Positions 1 through 9,890 are shown, numbered from the stretch's first letter. The stretch: 26,764 nucleotides of DNA from Verrucomicrobiia bacterium (GCA_963583225.1 CAUZVJ010000001.1:1-26764), one strand, 5' to 3'. Made by a program: numbers and translations. Notes: generated by a model not told the origin, from the letters alone.

Positions 1-1359
1 CATGGCCTGATTGAACAAGTCGCGCAGCATTACCCGGCAGTAACCGTCACTCTTTGCCTTAAATCGCCACGACATGTCGCGGTTTGCCACGTTGAACTCG
101 CGCCCGCCGGGATTGTTTTTCATCTCGTAAAACTCCTTCAGCGGTTCCGGCGACTCTTTGCCATCTTTTGCAACACCCACCAGTTGAGCGGTGACGTATG
201 GGTTTGTCATGTTGCCTAGGCGTTGCGAAAAAACGTCGAGCCAATAGACCTCATCTTTTTTGACCGGCAACTTGAAAAAATCAACATCACGGGCGGGAAA
301 AAAACTTCCAGCAATCATGCCGGGCACTGCAATAACTTGAGCACGATTCGCCGTGTCATTATCGCCCTGCTCCATCGTCAACGGGTTGTCCGGACGCAAA
401 CCGACAAAGAATGGATTGCTGGCAACCCTGCCCTTGGCCAAGCGGAAAACAGCCCCGTCCAAGACCACGGCAGACGGCGGGAGCGCCACGCCGCCGGGCA
501 GCGCTGCGCGACTGAGTTCGCTAAGTTTCACGGTCAATCGCTCCAGCGCTTGGCCATCGGTGGCTTTGAATCCGGCGGGTTTTGCGCCGGGTAGATTTCT
601 TCCAAAAAGAGTCACCTTCGACTCGCTAAAACTGGAAACAACCGGTGGTGAAACAAAATCCACATGCGGACCACTGCTGTTCTCCAAACGAAAAAAATAT
701 TCCGTGCCACCGCTGAAAGTTGCATCGTGAATCTGGACGAAACAGTCGCCGTCCGCCGGTGCCGTGTAGTCGATCAAGCCATCAGAATTTGCCCGGGCCA
801 AGCGCTCCCCTGCCCCGTTTCTGAGCAACATGACGGGGTTCATGCGGGAATCGATTGCCGCTGCTGAAACACGCAGCAGCAGGCGTTGTCCTTTCTTTGC
901 CTCGATGCGAAACCATGAAGACTGCCTCGCCACTGCGACTCCATTGACCACCGAATCAGCCCCAAGCGCAGCGGCAGTTTTGAGTGTTGAGTTGCCGCTT
1001 GGGCTTCGAGTTTCCGCCAGCGAACTTACGGCGAACAACCGGGAGTTGGACAGGCCAAGCGCCCCGGCAAACCTCACGTCATAAACTCCGCTTGGGACAT
1101 CAGCAGCCACACGAACTTTGAATTTTCGTTCAGCGGCGTTGGTCACTTGCACCGAAATACCCGGATGAGAAAAGCGTAACTCCGTCGCGCCCTCAAGGTC
1201 ACCACCTTGCACCTGCACCTCGGTCTCCGCGCCAATCTGGCAACCCATTGGAAACAACGCAGTGATGCGGGCGGTCGGCAGTTGACCAAGCGCTTGAGCA
1301 GTTGCGATGCAAAACAGCGGGACAACTCCCCAGCGCCTGAAAAGTCGGATCAACTTCAT
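1..1359 (-). CDS. PPC (pre-peptidase C-terminal)-like repeat exported protein, PVC 'putative serine protease precursor' type; runs off the left edge
   Basis: Not in the ORF track because there is no stop in the window. Manual translation from ATG at 1359: MKLIRLFRRWGVVPLFCIATAQALGQLPTARITALFPMGCQIGAETEVQVQGGDLEG...YDVRFAGALGLSNSRLFAV...DNDTANRAQ...DVDFFKL. It has a signal peptide, is open to position 1, and this family usually lies beside DUF1549/1553 genes. Confidence 0.75.
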   Translation of the reverse strand, partial: MKLIRLFRRWGVVPLFCIATAQALGQLPTARITALFPMGCQIGAETEVQVQGGDLEGATELRFSHPGISVQVTNAAERKFKVRVAADVPSGVYDVRFAGALGLSNSRLFAVSSLAETRSPSGNSTLKTAAALGADSVVNGVAVARQSSWFRIEAKKGQRLLLRVSAAAIDSRMNPVMLLRNGAGERLARANSDGLIDYTAPADGDCFVQIHDATFSGGTEYFFRLENSSGPHVDFVSPPVVSSFSESKVTLFGRNLPGAKPAGFKATDGQALERLTVKLSELSRAALPGGVALPPSAVVLDGAVFRLAKGRVASNPFFVGLRPDNPLTMEQGDNDTANRAQVIAVPGMIAGSFFPARDVDFFKLPVKKDEVYWLDVFSQRLGNMTNPYVTAQLVGVAKDGKESPEPLKEFYEMKNNPGGREFNVANRDMSWRFKAKSDGYCRVMLRDLFNQAM

Positions 1360-1370
1360 GCGGTGACTGA

Positions 1371-1384
1371 CGCTTGGCCAAGCG
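1371..1384. repeat. Intergenic palindrome copy CGCTTGGCCAAGCG
   Basis: Perfect 14-mer between the DUF1553 gene stop (1408) and the PPC gene start (1359). Confidence 0.9.
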
Positions 1385-1407
1385 GGACAATTCAACACGG
1401 GCCAGCC

Positions 1408-3912
1408 TCAGTGGTTGAAGAGGAACTCCTTGGTGTTGGCCAAGGCCCACAGGATGTCTTCGTAACGTTCCTTGGTTTTATCGGCAGGCTTGCCGTCCTT
1501 GTCGAGTGACTCGCGAGTCAAATAGGCAAGTGCCACGTCGGCTTCCTCCCTGCGAGGCAGCCTCGCGAATGCCTGAAAGTAAAGGCCGTTGATTTTTGCC
1601 GCGTGATCCCGGCCCTTGTCGGCGGCGAGCCTGGCGGCGCGCCCGTCCTTGCGCGCCAATTGCTCGTGTATGCTTTTCGCGTTAAACAAGTGCAGGCTTT
1701 GGGCCAGGCTGGCTTCCTGTGAGCGCTCGCACTCGCAGGCGCTTGATGAGTCCGGCCGCCCAAACACACTCAGAAAATAGTTGGAGCTGTTGTAGCTGTT
1801 GTCCGGAAGGCAGACCGCGCGTGTGCCGACCGGCAAGCCGTCGAAGTTGCTCTTGGCCAGAATGAGATCATTCAATGAGTCGTACAGCACTTCCGCTGTG
1901 AGGCGCTTGGGCTGGAAGCGCGAGTAGTAATGCTTGTCCTTTGCGTTGTGCCGGTTCGGAACAGAACTGAGTTGATACGTGGTTGACGAGGCGATGACCC
2001 GAACCAACGCTTTCAGGTCGTAGCCGGTTTTTTCAAAATGATCCGCCAACGCATCGAGCAGCCTGGGATGGGTCGCCGGGTTGGTCGAACGGAAGTCATC
2101 CTCGGGATCGACCAGGCCGCGGCCGAAGAAATGCTTCCAGTAACGGTTCACGAGTGTCTTGGAAAACAGCCGGCTGCGGTCTTCGCGCATCCAATCAACC
2201 AGACGATGTCGCGGGTCGTCAACCGGCGCGATCGTTAATTCGCCGCTGCCCAAGCCGGCCGGCTTCACCGGCTTGTTGGTCTTTTTGTTGGTCACCTGCG
2301 CCACGCCGGCCCGGTGAAAAACGATCTCCTCGCCCGGGCGACCGGAGGGGGCCTTGCCGACGCGCGAGAAAAACGCCATGAACCGGTAATAGTCGTCCTG
2401 CGACCACTTTTCGTATGGATGATGATGGCACTGCGCGCACTGCAACCGCGTGCCGAGAAACAACTGCGCAGTGTCCTCCATCTGCGCCCGCTGGGAACTC
2501 ACCTGCTTGAACCAGGCAGACGCCGGGCTTTGGTCAATCCCGCCGGAAGCCGCCACGATTTCGCGCACAAACCGATCGTACGGCTTGTTGTTGTACAAGC
2601 TCTCCTTGATCCAGTCGTAAAAGGCGATCGTCGTTCGAAGCTTCGCCCCGTTGGCCCGCTTGTTGCGCAGCAGCGACGACCATTTGTTGGCAAAATACTC
2701 GGCGTACTCCTCACTGCGGAGCAACTGCTCGATCAGTCGCTGGCGCTTGTCCGACGCCGCGTCTTCGAGAAAGGATTCCGCCTCGGCAACAGTTGGGAGG
2801 CGCCCGGCGATATCAAGTGTCACACGACGAAGATAAGTCGAGTCCCCCGCCACCTCCGATGGCGGCATGCCGACCTGCTTCCACTTCGCAAAAATAAAAC
2901 GGTCCACGAAGTTCTTCCCGGCCGGCAGGTTGTCCACCGGGGCGCCCAACGGAACCGATGCGCGAAACACCGATGCCTTGTCCTGATAGCGAACCATCAC
3001 CGCGATCTCACCCGAATCCCCCCCGGCGGTCACCAGGCCGGTGTTGTCCGCCTCGGCGTACTCACGGTTGTTCGCCTCGTACACGGCAGAGTGGGTGATG
3101 TCCTCGACCGACCCGTCGCTCATCTTGGCCAGGACGACGAGTTGCTGGCGAGCGCCTGGCTTCATGATGCGCTCGGGAGGATGCACCTCGATGGCTTCAA
3201 GGCTCGGATCGTCTGGCTTGCCGTACGGCATTCCCTGGCGTATCCACTTGACGATCGACTTGTAATCAAACGAGCCCGCGTCAATGCGCGAGCCACCGCC
3301 GTGCGGCAACTGGCCGGACGCCTTGAGCAAAAGCAGGCTGCGCTCGGGTGCGGCTGGGAAAATGCGGCGACCGCGCGCCTCCCGGAGCAGGTACTCGTAA
3401 TCCTCCTGCGGTTCGAAGCCAAGCAGGGAGAGCTTGAAACCGTTCTGGCCGCTGGACTTGCCATGACACCCACCGCTGTTGCATCCATGCTTGGTGAAAA
3501 GCGGGACGATCGAGTTGGCAAAGTTCACCGGCTTTTCGCTGGAAACCGCCTTCACCTCGAACGGAATCGTGGCTGTCTCGCCCGCTTGGGTGCGGGCGGT
3601 GATGACACCGGTGCCGTTGGCCAAGGGCTCCACCAAGCCATCAGTGATTCGCACCAGGCCGCTTGGCTTGGCCGTGAGGGCGACTTCGCGTGTTTGATCG
3701 GCAACAGACCCATCGCCGAGTGATCGTGTGACCACCAGTTGCTGCCGGGCGTCAGCACCGTGAAGTGTAACGCGGTTCAGGCTCTCGCCTCCCCAACCCG
3801 GTCTCGATATTGCGAGTTCGGCCAGTACTGCCTGGGCTCCGAACAACCCAAGACCCAACATTCCTGTCAAGCACGCAACCCTCCTGTAAAATGCCGATAA
3901 ATCAATAGCCAT
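1408..3912 (-). CDS. DUF1549/DUF1553 (PSD1) domain protein with N-terminal Ig-like (Big_2-type) domains
   Basis: Motifs GCNSGGCHG, RRVTLDIAGRLPT, AQLFLGTRLQCAQCHHHP, VNRYWKHFFGRGLVDP, ATHPRLLDALA, WALANTKEFLFNH. Start at MAIDL (3912) chosen; the track starts at 3975. Confidence 0.88.
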   Translation of the reverse strand: MAIDLSAFYRRVACLTGMLGLGLFGAQAVLAELAISRPGWGGESLNRVTLHGADARQQLVVTRSLGDGSVADQTREVALTAKPSGLVRITDGLVEPLANGTGVITARTQAGETATIPFEVKAVSSEKPVNFANSIVPLFTKHGCNSGGCHGKSSGQNGFKLSLLGFEPQEDYEYLLREARGRRIFPAAPERSLLLLKASGQLPHGGGSRIDAGSFDYKSIVKWIRQGMPYGKPDDPSLEAIEVHPPERIMKPGARQQLVVLAKMSDGSVEDITHSAVYEANNREYAEADNTGLVTAGGDSGEIAVMVRYQDKASVFRASVPLGAPVDNLPAGKNFVDRFIFAKWKQVGMPPSEVAGDSTYLRRVTLDIAGRLPTVAEAESFLEDAASDKRQRLIEQLLRSEEYAEYFANKWSSLLRNKRANGAKLRTTIAFYDWIKESLYNNKPYDRFVREIVAASGGIDQSPASAWFKQVSSQRAQMEDTAQLFLGTRLQCAQCHHHPYEKWSQDDYYRFMAFFSRVGKAPSGRPGEEIVFHRAGVAQVTNKKTNKPVKPAGLGSGELTIAPVDDPRHRLVDWMREDRSRLFSKTLVNRYWKHFFGRGLVDPEDDFRSTNPATHPRLLDALADHFEKTGYDLKALVRVIASSTTYQLSSVPNRHNAKDKHYYSRFQPKRLTAEVLYDSLNDLILAKSNFDGLPVGTRAVCLPDNSYNSSNYFLSVFGRPDSSSACECERSQEASLAQSLHLFNAKSIHEQLARKDGRAARLAADKGRDHAAKINGLYFQAFARLPRREEADVALAYLTRESLDKDGKPADKTKERYEDILWALANTKEFLFNH

Positions 3913-3964
3913 CGGTTTTGGGAAACATCGCCCGATCCGGGGAAGATGCAAGCAAAAAAAACGC

Positions 3965-4032
3965 GGGAGGGGCAAGTTCCACCTTGCCCCATTTCAAATC
4001 TAATTCGGGAAGAGGTGGAACTCGTCCCTCCC
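3965..4032. repeat. REP-like inverted repeat (20-bp arms)
   Basis: GGGAGGGGCAAGTTCCACCT (3965-3984) matches the reverse complement of AGGTGGAACTCGTCCCTCCC (4013-4032) at 18/20. A nested hairpin GGGGCAAG..CTTGCCCC is present in the left half. Confidence 0.75.
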
Positions 4033-4042
4033 CTCCGAAACG

Positions 4043-4058
4043 CCGCTTGGCCAAGCGG
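4043..4058. repeat. Palindrome copy CCGCTTGGCCAAGCGG, 3 nt after the miaE stop
   Basis: Perfect 16-bp palindrome read directly. Confidence 0.9.
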
Positions 4059-4061
4059 GGG

Positions 4062-4634
4062 CTAGTGGAGGATATTGAGGTCGCTGGGTTGCTGGACGAG
4101 TTCGGCATCGAGATCCAGGTAGAAGTCGAGACGGCGGTTGGTTTCGGATTCGTCGATCTCCTTGGCCATGAGCAAGTAAGCCGCGTAGTGGTTCCCCTCG
4201 GACTCGACCAAACTGGCGTAAAACTTAGCCAAGGGCGCATCCACGGTAACGAGCGCCTCGGCGAGGATTTGGAATTTCTCGCAACTGCGGCCCTCAATCA
4301 TCGCCGCGCAGAGCAAGTGGTCGATGACCTGTTCATTCCGGCCCTTGCGAACGGTGTTCATGATCCCGGCAATCCACGGGCTGGAGATCGCTTGGCCAAA
4401 CGGTATCCCCCTCTCATCGAGCAATTTAAGAACCAAGTTAAAATGTTCCAACTCCTCGATGGCGATGGCGGTGAGCTCTCCCAGCCGGCCGGTGAGCTGT
4501 TGATAGCGCTGCAGCGTGAGGGCCGACTTGGCCGCTTTTCGTTCCAGATGAGCATGATCGAGCAGTACCGCTCCAAGATTGGCAATGACCTTGGGCAACC
4601 ATGATTCAGGTGGTTTGGCTCGGAGCATCAGCAT
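4062..4634 (-). CDS. miaE: tRNA-(ms2io6A) hydroxylase MiaE (non-heme diiron)
   Basis: LLDHAHLERKAA, EELEHF, AMIEGRSCEKF, YASLVESEGNHY are ferritin-like MiaE motifs. Start MLMLRAK at 4634 chosen. Confidence 0.88.
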   Translation of the reverse strand: MLMLRAKPPESWLPKVIANLGAVLLDHAHLERKAAKSALTLQRYQQLTGRLGELTAIAIEELEHFNLVLKLLDERGIPFGQAISSPWIAGIMNTVRKGRNEQVIDHLLCAAMIEGRSCEKFQILAEALVTVDAPLAKFYASLVESEGNHYAAYLLMAKEIDESETNRRLDFYLDLDAELVQQPSDLNILH

Positions 4635-4754
4635 CAGCGACTCAGCTTCAACAGCGGAGGCGGGAAAGATTAGGGGGGAATCGGCCGTTTGGCAGCACAA
4701 TCGCGACTTTGGGCCTAAAAACAGTTTCCAACCTGTTTTTGAGCATCCTGATGC

Positions 4755-4782
4755 TTGACAGTTGGCAGGTTGCTGTTAGTTT
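4755..4782 (+). promoter_or_regulatory. Putative sigma70 promoter for the rpmH operon
   Basis: TTGACA (4755-4760), 16-nt spacer ending TGn, then TAGTTT (4777-4782). Confidence 0.4.
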
Positions 4783-4890
4783 TTCAGCCCTTTTTCCGGG
4801 AAAGGAGGGGAAAAAGGACGCACCACGAGGTGCATTTTTTAGATTTAGTGGCATCCCACACAAGATTGTGCCGATTTTTAGTAAATTCAG

Positions 4891-5028
4891 ATGAAGCAGA
4901 CATTTCAACCGTCGAATATCAAACGCAAACGCAGGCACGGTTTCCGCGCACGCATGGCCACCAAGGCAGGTCGCAAGATTCTGGCCGGTCGCCGCGCCCG
5001 TGGCCGTGGCCGACTCACCCCCGCCTGA
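4891..5028 (+). CDS. rpmH: 50S ribosomal protein L34
   Basis: Manual translation [45 protein letters not shown] (45 aa, below the track cutoff), immediately upstream of rnpA. Confidence 0.97.
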   Translation: MKQTFQPSNIKRKRRHGFRARMATKAGRKILAGRRARGRGRLTPA

Positions 5029-5045
5029 CGCCCTTTCCGGCACAC

Positions 5046-5444
5046 ATGACGGCCTCCGGCCAACTCGCGCGATTCCCCAAATCCAGCCGAATCCAAGCCA
5101 GCGCGGATTTCCGGGCCAACCGGGAACGCGGCAGTCGCTTGGCCAAGGGCTGCATGTTGGCCAACTGGCAAAGCCTCCCGCCGGATGGCGCGTCGCGGCT
5201 TGGCGTGATCACCAGCCGACGCATTGGCAAGGCTCATGTTCGCAACCGCGCCCGGCGGCTCATGCGGGAATGTTTCCGCCTCCACCAACACGAGTTGCTC
5301 CAGCCGGTGGACCTGGTGCTGGTCGCCCGCCGCTCCATTGTCAGCAGGAGATTCCACTCGGTGGAACGCCATTTTCTTGCGCTGCTCAAAAAAGCAGGGC
5401 TGCTGCCGAATGATGCGGCGCCCGTTTATCCCGCCGCCCTTTAG
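5046..5444 (+). CDS. rnpA: Ribonuclease P protein component
   Basis: SRLGVITSRRIGKAHVRNRARRLMRE (RNR motif) and DLVLVARR; position in the rpmH-yidC cluster. Confidence 0.93.
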   Translation: MTASGQLARFPKSSRIQASADFRANRERGSRLAKGCMLANWQSLPPDGASRLGVITSRRIGKAHVRNRARRLMRECFRLHQHELLQPVDLVLVARRSIVSRRFHSVERHFLALLKKAGLLPNDAAPVYPAAL

Positions 5445-5445
5445 A

Positions 5446-5697
5446 ATGAATCCCGCCCAACATCTTCTGGTATTGCTGATCCGGTTTTACCGGCTGGCAC
5501 TATCGCCGCTGAAGAACGCCCTGTTCGGGCCGGGAGGTTCGTGTCGATTTACACCCACCTGCTCGGAGTTCACGCTCGAAGCCGTTCGCTCACACGGGGC
5601 GACCCGCGGTGCATGGCTTGGGCTGCGGCGGCTCGTGCGCTGTCACCCCTGGGGAGGCTGCGGCCACGACCCCGTCCCGAACAAGCTGACCCGTTAA
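5446..5697 (+). CDS. yidD: Membrane protein insertion efficiency factor YidD
   Basis: LIRFYRLALSP, CRFTPTCSEF, RLVRCHPWGGCGHDPVP. Confidence 0.93.
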   Translation: MNPAQHLLVLLIRFYRLALSPLKNALFGPGGSCRFTPTCSEFTLEAVRSHGATRGAWLGLRRLVRCHPWGGCGHDPVPNKLTR

Positions 5698-5706
5698 TTA
5701 TTTTTC

Positions 5707-7503
5707 ATGGATCGCACCGCCATCATCGTTGTCACCATCTGCGTGATTCTCCTGTTCACCTGGCCTGCGTTGCTGCAGAAAATCTCCCCGACCCCGCCTG
5801 CCCCGCCGCAGCCCACCAGCGCTCCCCCGATCCAGGTCTCTGGTCAGTCCAACGCCCCGGCGGCGGCACCGCTTGGCCAAACGCCGCCTGCGCCGGTGTC
5901 GAACACAACGACCGTTCAGCCGCCGGTCGTGCTCGAGTCGGAAAAGTTGGCCAGCATTGAGACGAAAGATTCCGTTTACACCTTCACCTCCGCCGGTGGA
6001 CTGAAAACAGTGGCGCTCATCCAGCACAAGACCAAGCCGTGCAACGGCAATGGCACGGACAATTATGACGTGATCCTGATGAACTACGGCATCGAGTTGC
6101 CGGTGTTCGCGCTGGAAGGTGTCGACGACACGGAATTCTCGCTCATCGCCGACGGCTACCACGTCACGATGACCTCCACGAACCAAGCCGGCATTCGCAT
6201 CACCAAGGAGTTCAGGGCCGGGGCGAACTACTTGCTGCACGCCTCGATCACCTTGGCCAACCCGACAAAAGAGCCGCTCACACTCAACCAGCGGAAGTTG
6301 ATGCTGGGCACCGCCATGCCGCTTCAGTCCGGGGGGCGCTATCCGGTTTGGGGTGCTCAATGGCATAATGGCGAGGACGTGGAGGACATCGACGAAGGCT
6401 GGTTTGCCAACCGCACGCTTGGCTGCTTTCCGGGAACCCCGCGTCCTTATTTCATGTCTGCCGGCCAGCCGGTCAAGTGGGTCGGAGTTAACAACCGGTT
6501 TTTTGCGATGACCACCATGCCGGAGGAGGGATTCACCGGTGCCCACGTTTACTCAATCAAGACCACTCACCGTCTGCTGAACGACCCGCAGGAAGAGGAC
6601 GAGCAGTACGTCCATCACACCGGCATTCTGGCCAGCCTGCAGTTCGGCGCCCAAGTGCTGCAACCCGGCGAAAGCATCGTTCAGCAATTCATCACCTACG
6701 CCGGGCCGAAGGAGTATCAGCTCCTCGAGTCGCACGCCCAGACTTACAAAAACTCGATCGATTCGGTCATGGGGTTTGACACGCCTGTGTTTGGCTTCTT
6801 CGCCAAGCTGCTGTTGCGCTCCATGAACGGCCTGCACAACTTCGGCCTGGGCTACGCGCTGTGCATCATCGTGATTACCATCATCATCAAGATTTTGTTT
6901 TGGCCGCTCACCCGGGCCAGCACGGTCTCGATGAAACGCATGGCCGCCTATCAACCGCAGATGGCCGAGATACGCGTAAAGTACAAGGAGGATCCGCAGA
7001 AGCTGAACAAGCGAATGATGGAGTTCATGCGCGAGCACAAGATCAACCCGATGGGCGGCTGCCTGCCGATTCTAATCCAGATCCCGGTGTTCTTCGGGTT
7101 CTTCACCATGCTGCGCAGCGCCGTCGAACTGCGCGGGGCGGAATTCCTGTGGGCCTGCGATCTCTCACAGGCTGACACCATCGCGCACGTCGCCGGTTTC
7201 CCGGTCAACCCCCTGCCGATGATCATGGGCGTGACCATGCTTTTGCAGGCGCGGATGACCCCGGTCTCCCCCACCGCCGACGCGACGCAGCAAATGATCA
7301 TGAAGTACATGCCGCTCATATTCATCGTGATCCTTTACAATTTCTCCGCCGGCCTGACGCTTTACTGGACGGTGCAAAACATGCTCAGCATCGTGCAAAC
7401 CAAGCTCACGAAAAACATCGTCGTGGAAGCTCCGGTGAAGAGCGCCAACACAGCGCTGACCAAGCCGGCAAAACCGAAACCAAAGTCCAAGCCAAAGAAA
7501 TAA
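5707..7503 (+). CDS. yidC: Membrane protein insertase YidC
   Basis: N-terminal TM, large periplasmic domain, YAGPKEY, GCLPILIQIPVFFGFF, GLTLYWTVQN. Confidence 0.96.
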   Translation: MDRTAIIVVTICVILLFTWPALLQKISPTPPAPPQPTSAPPIQVSGQSNAPAAAPLGQTPPAPVSNTTTVQPPVVLESEKLASIETKDSVYTFTSAGGLKTVALIQHKTKPCNGNGTDNYDVILMNYGIELPVFALEGVDDTEFSLIADGYHVTMTSTNQAGIRITKEFRAGANYLLHASITLANPTKEPLTLNQRKLMLGTAMPLQSGGRYPVWGAQWHNGEDVEDIDEGWFANRTLGCFPGTPRPYFMSAGQPVKWVGVNNRFFAMTTMPEEGFTGAHVYSIKTTHRLLNDPQEEDEQYVHHTGILASLQFGAQVLQPGESIVQQFITYAGPKEYQLLESHAQTYKNSIDSVMGFDTPVFGFFAKLLLRSMNGLHNFGLGYALCIIVITIIIKILFWPLTRASTVSMKRMAAYQPQMAEIRVKYKEDPQKLNKRMMEFMREHKINPMGGCLPILIQIPVFFGFFTMLRSAVELRGAEFLWACDLSQADTIAHVAGFPVNPLPMIMGVTMLLQARMTPVSPTADATQQMIMKYMPLIFIVILYNFSAGLTLYWTVQNMLSIVQTKLTKNIVVEAPVKSANTALTKPAKPKPKSKPKK

Positions 7504-7517
7504 CCTCCAACAAAACC

Positions 7518-7979
7518 ATGAGTACAACCACACAAGATCCCAAGACACTGCTAGAGTCCATCCTGAACAACCTCGGCTTCGATGTGACCATCGAGGAAAA
7601 AGAGAAGAACGGCAGCAAGGTGCTCGACCTGCTGGCACCCGACGATTCCGGGCGGCTCATCGGCCGCAGGGGCCAGACGCTCTTTGACCTGCAGTACATC
7701 CTCAATCGCATGCTGTTTCAACACGACAAAGATGCGGAAAAGGTGCAACTCGACGTGGGCGGATACCGGTTTGACGAAGAGGACAAACTCGCCGAGAAAG
7801 CCAGGAAAGCCGCTGAGCAAGTCCGCCGATGGGGCGACATTGTCGAGCTCGAGCCGATGAACTCCTACGATCGCCGGATCATCCACAGCACTCTGAAGGA
7901 CGATCCGGACATCGAAACCCAAAGCGTGGAGGTCGATGGCACCCACGACAAGGCCATCATCCTTCGGCCCAAAAACTAA
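7518..7979 (+). CDS. jag: Jag/EloR/KhpB-family RNA-binding protein (KH + R3H)
   Basis: GRLIGRRGQTLFDLQYI (KH) and LEPMNSYDRRIIH (R3H); follows yidC. Confidence 0.88.
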   Translation: MSTTTQDPKTLLESILNNLGFDVTIEEKEKNGSKVLDLLAPDDSGRLIGRRGQTLFDLQYILNRMLFQHDKDAEKVQLDVGGYRFDEEDKLAEKARKAAEQVRRWGDIVELEPMNSYDRRIIHSTLKDDPDIETQSVEVDGTHDKAIILRPKN

Positions 7980-7996
7980 CCGCCACGAGCTATTGT

Positions 7997-8025
7997 TTGC
8001 CCTTTGCCCGGCAAACTCCTAACCT
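7997..8025 (+). promoter_or_regulatory. Putative sigma70 promoter for thrS
   Basis: TTGCCC-17 nt-TAACCT, about 50 nt upstream of the ATG at 8074. Confidence 0.4.
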
Positions 8026-8073
8026 CCCCCCGCTCTGCGCGGCGGCCAAGTGCTTAGCGCAACGCACAGACGC

Positions 8074-9888
8074 ATGGAATCAGCCAAACACGATGTAGAA
8101 CGCAAGACCCTCGAGCAGCGCCACCAAATGAGCGACCTCGACCGACTGCGCCACTCGTGCGCCCACGTGCTCGCCACCGCCGTGCTGCGCCTTTGGCCCG
8201 AGGCCAAACTCGACATCGGCCCGCCGACCGCCGAGGGGTTTTACTACGACTTTGATCTCGAACACCGCTTCTCCCCCGAGGATTTCGAGGCCATCGAGGC
8301 CGAGATGAAAAAGGTGACGAAAGAAAATCAGACGTTCGAGCGCAGCACAAAAACCCGCGATGAGGCCAAGGCGTTTTTTGAGGAGCGCGGCCAGTCGTTC
8401 AAGGTCGAGCGCTTGGCCGACATCCCCGAAGACGAGGAGATTTCATTTTACCAAAACGGCGAGTTCGTCGATCTCTGCGCCGGGCCGCACGTCATGCGCA
8501 CCGGCAACGTCAAGGCGTACAAACTGCTCCGCGTCGCCGCCGCCTACTATCGGGGCAACGAAAAGAATCCGCAGTTGCAACGCATCTACGGCACCGCTTT
8601 CCCGAACAAAACCAAGCTCAACGCATGGCTCGAGGCGCAGGAGGAAGCGCGCAAACGCGACCACCGCAAGATCGGCCGCGAGATGCAGTTGTTCGCGTTC
8701 GACGACGACGTTGGCCCCGGCCTGCCGCTTTGGCTGCCCAAGGGCACGGTGCTAATTGAGGAACTGGAGAAACTGGCCAAGGAGACCGAGTTCGAGGCCG
8801 GCTACGAACGTGTCCGCACGCCGCACTTGGCCCGCGAGAGCATGTACAAAACCTCCGGCCACCTCCCCTACTACGCGGAGAGCATGTTCCCGCCGATGGA
8901 ACTCAAGGATGACGACCCGGACAAGCCGACCGACCGCATCTACCTCAAGGCAATGAACTGCCCGCATCATCACAAGATTTTTTCGGCCGTGCCGCGCAGT
9001 TACCGGGAACTGCCGCTGCGCCTTGCCGAGTACGGCACCTGTTATCGCTACGAACGTTCCGGCGAGTTGATGGGCCTCATGCGTGTGCGCTCGATGCAGA
9101 TGAACGACGCGCACATCTACTGCACGCCGGAGCAATTCGCCGACGAGTTTCGTGCCGTCAACGAAATGTACCTGAAATATTTCAAGATTTTTGGGTTCGA
9201 AAAATTCACCATGCGCTTCAGCACGCACAGCGCCGAGCGGCTTGGCGACAAATACGTCGGCGAACCGGAACTGTGGCTGCAAACCGAAGACATGGTGCGG
9301 AAAGTTCTCGTCGAGTCCGGCGTTGATTTTGTCGAAGTGGCCGATGAAGCTGCGTTTTACGGCCCGAAAATCGACGTGCAGGTTTACAGCATCTCCGGTC
9401 GTGAGTTCACCATCGCCACCAACCAGGTGGACTTCGCCGTGCCCAAGCGCTTCGGCCTCGAGTTCAAGACACGTGACAACACCACCGAGACGCCGCTCTG
9501 CATTCACCGCGCCCCGCTGGGCACGCACGAACGCTTCATCGCCTTTTTGATCGAGCACTACGCCGGCAACTTCCCGCTTTGGCTCGCGCCGGAACAGGTG
9601 CGACTGCTCCCATTCGGCGACGATCAGGCCGACTACGCCAAGAGCGTCGCCGCCGAACTGCGAACCCACGGCGTCCGCGTGAAACTCGACACGACCTCCG
9701 ACAAGATCGGTGCCCGCATCCGCCGCGCCGAGACCGACCGGGTGCACACCATTTTGCTCGTTGGCCAACGCGAACAGGAAGTCGGCAATCTCGCCGTGCG
9801 CGAACACGGCAAAGGCGACCTCGGGGCCAAGCCAAGAGACGAAGTCATCGCCAACCTGCTCAACAAAATCAAAACCCGTGAAGGCTGA
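8074..9888 (+). CDS. thrS: Threonine--tRNA ligase
   Basis: LRHSCAHVLA, DLCAGPH, RDHRKIG, KAMNCPHH, RVRSMQMNDAHIYC, AAFYGPKIDVQ, HRAPLGTHERF. Confidence 0.98.
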   Translation: MESAKHDVERKTLEQRHQMSDLDRLRHSCAHVLATAVLRLWPEAKLDIGPPTAEGFYYDFDLEHRFSPEDFEAIEAEMKKVTKENQTFERSTKTRDEAKAFFEERGQSFKVERLADIPEDEEISFYQNGEFVDLCAGPHVMRTGNVKAYKLLRVAAAYYRGNEKNPQLQRIYGTAFPNKTKLNAWLEAQEEARKRDHRKIGREMQLFAFDDDVGPGLPLWLPKGTVLIEELEKLAKETEFEAGYERVRTPHLARESMYKTSGHLPYYAESMFPPMELKDDDPDKPTDRIYLKAMNCPHHHKIFSAVPRSYRELPLRLAEYGTCYRYERSGELMGLMRVRSMQMNDAHIYCTPEQFADEFRAVNEMYLKYFKIFGFEKFTMRFSTHSAERLGDKYVGEPELWLQTEDMVRKVLVESGVDFVEVADEAAFYGPKIDVQVYSISGREFTIATNQVDFAVPKRFGLEFKTRDNTTETPLCIHRAPLGTHERFIAFLIEHYAGNFPLWLAPEQVRLLPFGDDQADYAKSVAAELRTHGVRVKLDTTSDKIGARIRRAETDRVHTILLVGQREQEVGNLAVREHGKGDLGAKPRDEVIANLLNKIKTREG

Positions 9889-9890
9889 CT

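Noticed and set aside
4635-4890. oriC upstream of rpmH
   Set aside because: The neighbour is miaE, not dnaA, and I found no TTATCCACA-type boxes; the region is only modestly AT-rich.
8074-8160. ThrRS lacking an N-terminal TGS domain
   Set aside because: Short forms that start near the HSxAH editing motif are known in several lineages; no T-box or leader structure was seen.
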